Shown one piece after another: positions 57,721 through 64,000 of a stretch of DNA of 64,000 bases (its first letter is position 1; each line of letters starts with the position of its first letter). The translations under genes and the position numbers were made by a program. The notes under the pieces are model-generated. The model saw only the letters and a list, made by a program, of their open reading frames with translations. It was not told the DNA's origin and did no database searches. The stretch is taken from positions 214,903-278,902 of the forward strand of contig OZ244213.1 in assembly GCA_965216905.1 (NCBI GenBank). The letters are read 5' to 3'. This DNA comes from Acidimicrobiia bacterium. Lineage in GTDB: Bacteria; Actinomycetota; Acidimicrobiia; Spongiisociales; ZC4RG35.

Positions 57721-58473
57721 ATGCGGATACTCATCACGGGTGGCACCGGCACGCTTGGCAGGAGGGTGGCTCCGCAATTGCTTCAGGCCGGCCATGACGT
57801 GGTCGTCGGAACTCGGACTCCGTCGCGACCAGATCATCGGGCGCTCGAACTCGCTTCCGGAGACGGCCTGGACGGGGCCCTGGAAGGTGTCGATGCCGTG
57901 ATCCACTTGGCGACCGACGCCCGAGCCGCCCAACGCCTCGACGTGGTCGGGACATCGAACCTGTTGGAGGCGATGGCGGGTCGGCGTGCATTCCTCGTCT
58001 ACGTGTCCATCGTCGGCATCGACGACCACCCCTTTCCCTACTACCGGGCGAAGGCGCAGGCGGAGCAGCTCATCGAACGGTCGAGCGTTCCTTGGACGAT
58101 CCTGCGGGCGACGCAGTTTCACGATCTGATCGGCCGTTTCGTCGACCCGTTCGCCCGGCTTCCCGTGATGCTGGCGCCTTCGTCGACGCCGATCCAGCCC
58201 ATCGATCCCGAAGTGGTTGCCTCCCGGCTCGTGGAGCTGACCGAGTCGGGCCCCGCTGGCAGGGTGCCCGACATGGGCGGTCCGGACGTGCTCGACTTCG
58301 CAACGATGGCGACCGCGTATCTGCGTCGACGCGGCCTGCGCCGTCTCGTCATCCCGGTGCCGTTCCCGGGTGCGGCGGCAGCCGCCTTCCGAGGTGGCTC
58401 CGTCCTCTGCGATCACCACGACCGGTCCGGCCGGACCTGGTACGAGTGGCTCGAGGAGGAAGTGCAGCCATGA
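57721..58473 (+). CDS. Atypical SDR / NAD(P)H-binding (NmrA/epimerase-like) protein
   Basis: MRILITGGTGTLG, VYVSIVG, YYRAK, LRATQFH; RBS GAAGGAG. Confidence 0.9.
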   Translation: MRILITGGTGTLGRRVAPQLLQAGHDVVVGTRTPSRPDHRALELASGDGLDGALEGVDAVIHLATDARAAQRLDVVGTSNLLEAMAGRRAFLVYVSIVGIDDHPFPYYRAKAQAEQLIERSSVPWTILRATQFHDLIGRFVDPFARLPVMLAPSSTPIQPIDPEVVASRLVELTESGPAGRVPDMGGPDVLDFATMATAYLRRRGLRRLVIPVPFPGAAAAAFRGGSVLCDHHDRSGRTWYEWLEEEVQP

Positions 58474-58494
58474 CACCCCTGCGGGGGATGGTGC

Positions 58495-59709
58495 TCAGGG
58501 CTCGTCGCGCAGCGTGAGGTGACGCCGGTCGAGCTCGGCGACCGAGCCAACTCCGAGCAACTGCATCGTGCGACGGATGCCGGCTCCGAGGAGCTCGATG
58601 CACTTGTCCACGCCTCGTTCGCCACCGGCCATCAAGCCGTAGAGGTATGCCCGGCCGATGAATGCCGCCGTGGCACCCTGAGCGATGGCCGCCACCACGT
58701 CGGCACCATCCATGATTCCCCCATCGACGTACACCTCCGCGCGGTCGCCCACCGCGTCGACCACCGAGGGAAGCAACTCGAATGTGGTCGGCGCCCGGTC
58801 CAGCTGGCGGCCGCCGTGATTGGAGACGATCACGGCATCGGCACCCCGAGCGATGGCCGTCTCGGCGTCGGCGATCGACTGAATGCCCTTGATGACGAGT
58901 GGCCCCGACCAGTGCTCCCGGATCCAATCGAGGTCCGACCAGTTCAGGGTGGGGTCGAACACCGTTCCGATCATCTCGGCCACGGTCCCGTCGAAAGAAC
59001 GGAAGGTCGCAAACTCCAGCGGTTCGGTCGTCAACAGGTTGAACCACCAGGCCGGATGCAACGCCATGTCCCCCACCGTCTTGAGACTGAGTGAGGGCGG
59101 GATGGTCAGGCCATTGCGGACGTCGCGGAGTCTCGCTCCGGCGACCGCGGTATCGACGGTCAGGATGACGGCCGAGTAATCAGCCGCACTGGCCCGCTCC
59201 AACAGTTCGGCGTTGAATCCACGGTCCTTCAGGACGTAGAGCTGGAACCATCGGTTCAATCCGGGCGCGGCGGCCGCGAGATCCTCCGGTGTGGTGGTGC
59301 CGAGCGTGGAGAGGGCATAGGCGATTCCGGCCCGCTCGGCCGCTCGCCCCACCGCCGGCTCACCCTCGTGCTGCATCATGCGGGTGAAGCCAGTGGGCGC
59401 CAGGGCGAACGGGAGGTCCGACGTCCGGCCCAGCAAGGTCGTCGAGGTATCCACCTCGACACTCTGGAGCACTCGTACCTCGCGCCACTCGACCCGCCGG
59501 TACGCCTCGCGGGATCGTCGGAGCGCGATCTCCTCGTCGGCTCCGCCATCGGTGTAGTCGAACGGCGCCCGGGGTGTCCGGCGCCGGGCGATCTCCTGGA
59601 GATCCCAGACGGACGCCGCCGTCTCCACGCGGGAAGACGCTCCGAATCGCGGTCGTCGAAAACCGATCAGCGGCTTGACATCCCTCCACCGTGGGACCCG
59701 GCGATCCAA
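58495..59709 (-). CDS. lldD: FMN-dependent alpha-hydroxy acid oxidase / L-lactate dehydrogenase
   Basis: FDYTDGGA, APTGF, WFQLY, KGIQ, VSNHGGRQLD, DGGI, GRAYLYGL. Confidence 0.9.
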   Translation of the reverse strand: MDRRVPRWRDVKPLIGFRRPRFGASSRVETAASVWDLQEIARRRTPRAPFDYTDGGADEEIALRRSREAYRRVEWREVRVLQSVEVDTSTTLLGRTSDLPFALAPTGFTRMMQHEGEPAVGRAAERAGIAYALSTLGTTTPEDLAAAAPGLNRWFQLYVLKDRGFNAELLERASAADYSAVILTVDTAVAGARLRDVRNGLTIPPSLSLKTVGDMALHPAWWFNLLTTEPLEFATFRSFDGTVAEMIGTVFDPTLNWSDLDWIREHWSGPLVIKGIQSIADAETAIARGADAVIVSNHGGRQLDRAPTTFELLPSVVDAVGDRAEVYVDGGIMDGADVVAAIAQGATAAFIGRAYLYGLMAGGERGVDKCIELLGAGIRRTMQLLGVGSVAELDRRHLTLRDEP

Positions 59710-59739
59710 CTCTCCTCCTCGAGCTGCGGCGAGCCCAGC

Positions 59740-60297
59740 CTAGGAAGACACCAGCCTCGGAAAGGCCTCGACGGCAAGATGAACCCATGGGGCCAGCGTC
59801 GGGTCGCCGGTGTCCACCATCGTTGCCAGATCCTCGGCCGCCACCCATCTCCAGTCCATGACCTCGGCGGGATCTGGGCTCGGGTCGGTGTCGGTCAGCG
59901 ACTCGAACACGTGGTCGAACTCGTGCTCGACCAATCCCGACACCGGATCCCCGGCCCGGTACACGAACGAACCGATCGGCTCCGGCCGGCACTCGATCCC
60001 CAACTCCTCCAGCGTCCGCCGCTCGACCGCACGGACGAGCGGCTCGCCGGGACGCGGATGAGAGCAACAGGCATTGGCCCACACGCCGCCGAAGTGATAC
60101 TTGGCCACGGCTCGCCGCTGGAGCAGCACCTCACCGGCGGAGTTGCGAATGAAGAGCGAGAAGGCACGGTGGAGGTGGCCCGGTTCCCGATGCGCTTCGG
60201 TCTTCCCCATCACACCGACCTCGAGTCCGTCGCGGTCGACCAGTACGACCTGTTCCGTCAGCCGGCTCGACTCGGGCGTCGAGGTCACGCCGTCCAT
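59740..60297 (-). CDS. idi: Isopentenyl-diphosphate delta-isomerase (type 1)
   Basis: KTEAH, HRAFS, WANACCSHP, RRTLEELG, EHEFDHV. Confidence 0.94.
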   Translation of the reverse strand: MDGVTSTPESSRLTEQVVLVDRDGLEVGVMGKTEAHREPGHLHRAFSLFIRNSAGEVLLQRRAVAKYHFGGVWANACCSHPRPGEPLVRAVERRTLEELGIECRPEPIGSFVYRAGDPVSGLVEHEFDHVFESLTDTDPSPDPAEVMDWRWVAAEDLATMVDTGDPTLAPWVHLAVEAFPRLVSS

Positions 60298-60563
60298 CCG
60301 AGCACCGTGTCCCCGACCCACGCCACCCACGCCCAGAGCAGTGCCGTTGCGACCGGGACCGCAAGGACCCTGAGGGGAACGTGCTTCCAGCGGAGTTGGA
60401 GCACGAACCCGACCACCCACACGGCCAGCATTGCCGCCCACGCCCAAATCGGGAACACCAGTCCACTGACCAGGAGCACGAATCCGACCGCCAGGTGCGC
60501 AACGACGCCGACCGCCACCAGTGCCAGCCGTCCGGGACTCATCCTGGGCTGCGGTGATGTCAC
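60285..60563 (-). CDS. Small membrane protein
   Basis: Three hydrophobic segments; overlaps the idi start, so likely co-transcribed. Confidence 0.6.
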   Translation of the reverse strand: MTSPQPRMSPGRLALVAVGVVAHLAVGFVLLVSGLVFPIWAWAAMLAVWVVGFVLQLRWKHVPLRVLAVPVATALLWAWVAWVGDTVLGWTA

Positions 60564-60655
60564 CGCCCGGAGGCTACCTCCCCGCCGAGGGGACGGCCTC
60601 GCGCCGGGGTCTGGTCGCGTATGCTCAGATCACGCCAACTGGGAGCTTGGGAGCC

Positions 60656-62620
60656 GTGCGTTCGAAGCGAAGCCTCATCATCCTTGCCATCGTCCTCGTC
60701 GGGGCGCTCGCCGCTCCCGGCACGGCCGCCGGTCCGGAGCGGGCCGAGTATCCGACCGAGAAGTTCGTCGTCGACGGAGAGCTCAACCCGCCGGACTCGC
60801 CCAACCCCTACTTGGCTTTTCTGGCCCCGGGCCAACGCGCCGACTACGCATCCTGGACCGCCTACCTCAATGCGGCCGGCAAGGTCAGGGCCAGCCGCGA
60901 GGCTCCGGGAGCACCGCGTCGGGGCATCAAAGTCCGCGAGGTCGAGGGCTCCGCAATCGGGGAGAACGACACGCAAGCCGATGCCGAGTTCATCGACGGG
61001 TTCGGTACGGAGAACGGAGAGCGACCCGCCGCCGAGATCGCCGGCTCGGCTCCGGAGTTCGAGGGCGACACCCTGTCCGCGGCAGCCGGAGAGCCGAATG
61101 GCAGTCTGGGAGACGCCAACGTCGTCCCGCTCGAGGTGGGGGATGTCGCCACCGGAAGCGGCGTGATCGGCGACGAAGCAGCGCCTATGGGTCCCCCGGA
61201 CTTCGACTTCTTCTTGATCCCGGGGGTGTCGGCCGGTGACACGATCATCGTCGACATCGACACACCCGACCCGTTCGGCGACCTCGACCCGTTCGTGGCG
61301 ATCTGGAACCCGGCCCTCGCCCCGTTCGAGATCGCGGCCAACGACGACGACGGTTCCAGCTTCGACAGCTTCCTCAGCTTCGATGCACCCGTGGACGGCG
61401 ACTACTACGTCTCGGTCGGCGGCTTCGGTGCGTTCGTACCGGTGGATCCCACCGACCCGGCGAGCCCGAGCGTCACCGGGGAGACAGGAAGCGAAGGCGA
61501 CTACGACATCACCCTCGAGCTACGACGCGGCAACATCGACTTCTACGCGTTCGAAGCAGAGGCCGGCGACATCGTCGGGGCCACGGTCTTCGATGCCGCC
61601 ACAAGGCTCGAACTGTATGCCGGCGATGGCACCTTGCTGATGGGATCCGGCCAGGATGCGACGCCGATCCATCCCGCCGTATCGCCGCTTCCCGGAGGCG
61701 GGAACGCCTCCCTGTCATTCGTGCTCGAGGAGGCGGGAACGTACGCGTTATCGGTGTCGGCCGTCGGCGAATACCTGGTCGATCTCCGGGTCTTCCGGCC
61801 GGCCAAGGAACTGACCGGCAGGGCTGTCCAGAAGCTGTACCTCGACTTCGATGGTGCATCGCTGGACCCGGGCATCTTCTTCGGCTTGGAAACCGGCATC
61901 GAAGCACAGCTCTCGCCGCTGTCCGCCTTCCTGAGTCGCTGGGGTCTCACCGCCGCCGACGAGGACGCGGTAATCGATGCGATCGTCGCCTCGGTGGAGG
62001 AGAGCCTCGGCACGGACCCGGCGGTCTTCGGATCCAACGGGAGTCTCGACGCCGGCGACGGAGGTGGATCCTTCCACGTGGAGATCCTCAACAGCCGGGA
62101 TCATGGCGACCTGTGGGGCCAGCCATACGTGAGTCGAGTGATCGTCGGTGGCACCATCCCCGAACTTCAGATCCCGACCGTTGGGATCGCCCAGTCGATC
62201 GACGTCGGCGATTTCGAGAGCGAAGAGACCGCGGTGGTCCTGCTCGACCTCATGAGCGGGATCCCCAGCGACGACCTCTTCGTTCCCGAGGTGAGTCTCA
62301 ACACGTACCCCACCGACCCGAGCAGTTCGATGATCGAATTGATCGGAACGGCGGTGGGGAACATCGTCGCTCATGAGGCGGGCCATTTCTCGGCCAACTG
62401 GCACACCGACCAGTTCAACCCCTTCCCCAACATCATGGACCAGGGCGGAAACTTCCCCGGAACCATCGGTGTCGGCCCCGATGGCATCTTCGGTTCCGCG
62501 GATGACATCGACGTCGACTTCGGCGAGGACTTCTTCGTTCCCAACGAAGGGTTCGTCGGGCTCGAGGACACGCTCGAGAGCATCGCCTTCGGAATGTCGA
62601 CCGGTCGTCAGGCCCGCTGA
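60656..62620 (+). CDS. Secreted zinc metalloprotease-like protein with pre-peptidase C-terminal (PPC-like) domains
   Basis: Signal peptide; repeated DFDFF/IDFYAF...GD beta-sandwich domains with NDDDG; C-terminal HEAGHFSANWH plus NIMD Met-turn. Confidence 0.75.
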   Translation: MRSKRSLIILAIVLVGALAAPGTAAGPERAEYPTEKFVVDGELNPPDSPNPYLAFLAPGQRADYASWTAYLNAAGKVRASREAPGAPRRGIKVREVEGSAIGENDTQADAEFIDGFGTENGERPAAEIAGSAPEFEGDTLSAAAGEPNGSLGDANVVPLEVGDVATGSGVIGDEAAPMGPPDFDFFLIPGVSAGDTIIVDIDTPDPFGDLDPFVAIWNPALAPFEIAANDDDGSSFDSFLSFDAPVDGDYYVSVGGFGAFVPVDPTDPASPSVTGETGSEGDYDITLELRRGNIDFYAFEAEAGDIVGATVFDAATRLELYAGDGTLLMGSGQDATPIHPAVSPLPGGGNASLSFVLEEAGTYALSVSAVGEYLVDLRVFRPAKELTGRAVQKLYLDFDGASLDPGIFFGLETGIEAQLSPLSAFLSRWGLTAADEDAVIDAIVASVEESLGTDPAVFGSNGSLDAGDGGGSFHVEILNSRDHGDLWGQPYVSRVIVGGTIPELQIPTVGIAQSIDVGDFESEETAVVLLDLMSGIPSDDLFVPEVSLNTYPTDPSSSMIELIGTAVGNIVAHEAGHFSANWHTDQFNPFPNIMDQGGNFPGTIGVGPDGIFGSADDIDVDFGEDFFVPNEGFVGLEDTLESIAFGMSTGRQAR

Positions 62621-62760
62621 TCACCGCGGCGCCGGTTCCGCCCTCGGGAGCCGGCGTCGACCGGGTCGACCTACATTTGGAGATATGCAGTCGGCCGCCG
62701 GTATCAGCCGAGCCTCTCGGTGAGTCTGTAGCGTGAAGGACCTTGGCGGAGAGGAGCGGC

Positions 62761-64000
62761 GTGAGCGGGTTCCACAACTTCGACCTGCAAATCACCGGCC
62801 TCCCGGACGGCAGTTTTCGGGCCGACGTCCTCAGCTCCTCGGCGGGTGAGGCGAAGGCGATCTTCTCGAATCCGTTCGACACGTTCGAGATCGAGAATCT
62901 CGCTCTGCACGTGAACGGCCTGCGCCGTCGCGGAGCCGATGCCCGGCGCCGGATCGAGACCCCATCCGACCGACGAGCACGTGAGGTCGGCCGTCGACTG
63001 TTCGAAGCCGTCTTCAGCGGGCCCGTTGGGGAGCGGTGGGCGGTCAGTCTCAATCGCGCCGATGCAACCGACTCCAAGGTGCGGCTCCGGATCAGACTCG
63101 AAGACGCCGCCGATCTGGTCGACGTGCCTTGGGAGTTCCTCTACTCACCGGCGCGCAACGGATACGTCGTCCATGACCCGGCGACGAGCCTGACCCGCTA
63201 CGTCTCGGTCAACCGGGCCCGCAAGCGTTTGGCCGTCGAGGGCCCACTCCGAGTCATGGTGATCATCTCCGACCCGTCCGACCTCGATGCATCCGAGCGG
63301 CTCGACGTCGAAGCGGAGTGGCACCATCTGCAGGAAGCGGTTGCATCCCAGCCCCAGATCGAACTGATCAGGCTGCCGAGGGCCAGCCTCACCGAGATCG
63401 CTACGGCCGTGCAGTTCCAGGGTCCGTTTCACGGCGTCCACTTCATCGGCCATGGCGTCTTCGACCAGGACCACCAAGACAGCCTGGTGGTGCTCGAGAA
63501 TGCCGACGGGGCGGTCGAGATGCGAACCGGCTCGGAGTTCGCCACCGTGCTGGCCCAATCGCGGGCACTGCGTTTCGTGGTTCTCAACTCGTGCGAAGGG
63601 GCACGCACCTCTCGGGAGGATCCGTTCGCCGGCGCTGCCCACAGCCTGATCGCGTCGGCCGGCATTCCGGCGGTCGTAGCTATGCAGTTCACCATCACCG
63701 ACGCGGCCGCGGCCGAGTTCGCCCGAGGCTTCTACACCACGCTGGCCGCCGGGAAGACGATCGACGATGCGGTGGCGATCGGACGGTTCCGGATCTTCAC
63801 GAGTGGGCTTCATCCCGAGTGGGGAACGCCGGTGCTGTATCTCCGCAGCGAAGACGGGAGACTGTTCGACGTCCTGGCCGCGCCCGAGGATGGTTCCGTG
63901 GAGACCTTCCGACCGGTCGGCGACTCGACGGTCGCCACCAAGGACGAACAGACCCGTCAACCCTCGGAGCCTCCTGATGTCGATGACGCCGCCGCTCCCG
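62761..64000 (+). CDS. CHAT-domain (caspase-like) protein, truncated at the window edge
   Basis: Frame open from GTG 62761 (RBS GAGGAG) to the end, so absent from the ORF track: VPWEFLY, VHFIGHG (His), VVLNSCEG (Cys), VVAMQFTITD, EWGTPVLYLR. Confidence 0.9.
   Translation, partial: MSGFHNFDLQITGLPDGSFRADVLSSSAGEAKAIFSNPFDTFEIENLALHVNGLRRRGADARRRIETPSDRRAREVGRRLFEAVFSGPVGERWAVSLNRADATDSKVRLRIRLEDAADLVDVPWEFLYSPARNGYVVHDPATSLTRYVSVNRARKRLAVEGPLRVMVIISDPSDLDASERLDVEAEWHHLQEAVASQPQIELIRLPRASLTEIATAVQFQGPFHGVHFIGHGVFDQDHQDSLVVLENADGAVEMRTGSEFATVLAQSRALRFVVLNSCEGARTSREDPFAGAAHSLIASAGIPAVVAMQFTITDAAAAEFARGFYTTLAAGKTIDDAVAIGRFRIFTSGLHPEWGTPVLYLRSEDGRLFDVLAAPEDGSVETFRPVGDSTVATKDEQTRQPSEPPDVDDAAAP

Noticed and set aside
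672-63960. Many long antisense or alternate-frame ORFs (for example 672-2177, 6929-9220, 9003-10961, 19123-21651, 23090-25558, 45805-47991)
   Set aside because: They overlap well-supported genes, are Arg/Pro/Gly-rich without motifs, and are expected shadows in high-GC DNA.

Overview
High-GC actinobacterial DNA, probably Acidimicrobiia-like (inferred from gene content and codon style), densely coding, with no tRNA/rRNA, transposase or CRISPR-Cas seen. The main theme is catabolism of methylated amines/osmolytes and C1 units: choline dehydrogenase, a betaine-type ABC transporter, a non-pyrrolysine MttB-family methyltransferase, a GcvT-family dimethylglycine dehydrogenase-like enzyme, a rearranged four-subunit sarcosine oxidase-like complex, a homocysteine S-methyltransferase, two flavin oxidoreductases, Fhs and an NAD-linked formate dehydrogenase. 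Several features are not evident from the ORF track: (i) the FDH catalytic subunit is one selenoprotein gene (in-frame UGA at 7373-7375 plus a SECIS-like hairpin); (ii) a SAM-II-like riboswitch precedes the homocysteine methyltransferase; (iii) an ECF41/SigJ-type promoter precedes an NAD(P)-binding oxidoreductase; (iv) a CHAT caspase-like gene runs off the right edge; (v) three kinds of small intergenic repeats. The best candidates for undescribed biology are a three-gene phosphonate operon (SAM methyltransferase, 2-hydroxyacid dehydrogenase, PEP mutase; no decarboxylase) inside the betaine cluster, and an ApbE/ferric-reductase module whose only plausible flavinylation substrate is a small membrane protein ending in DTVTRGSG. 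The Ni-SOD has Phe in place of the Ni-hook Pro5. All calls come from reading motifs by eye; no database searches were run.
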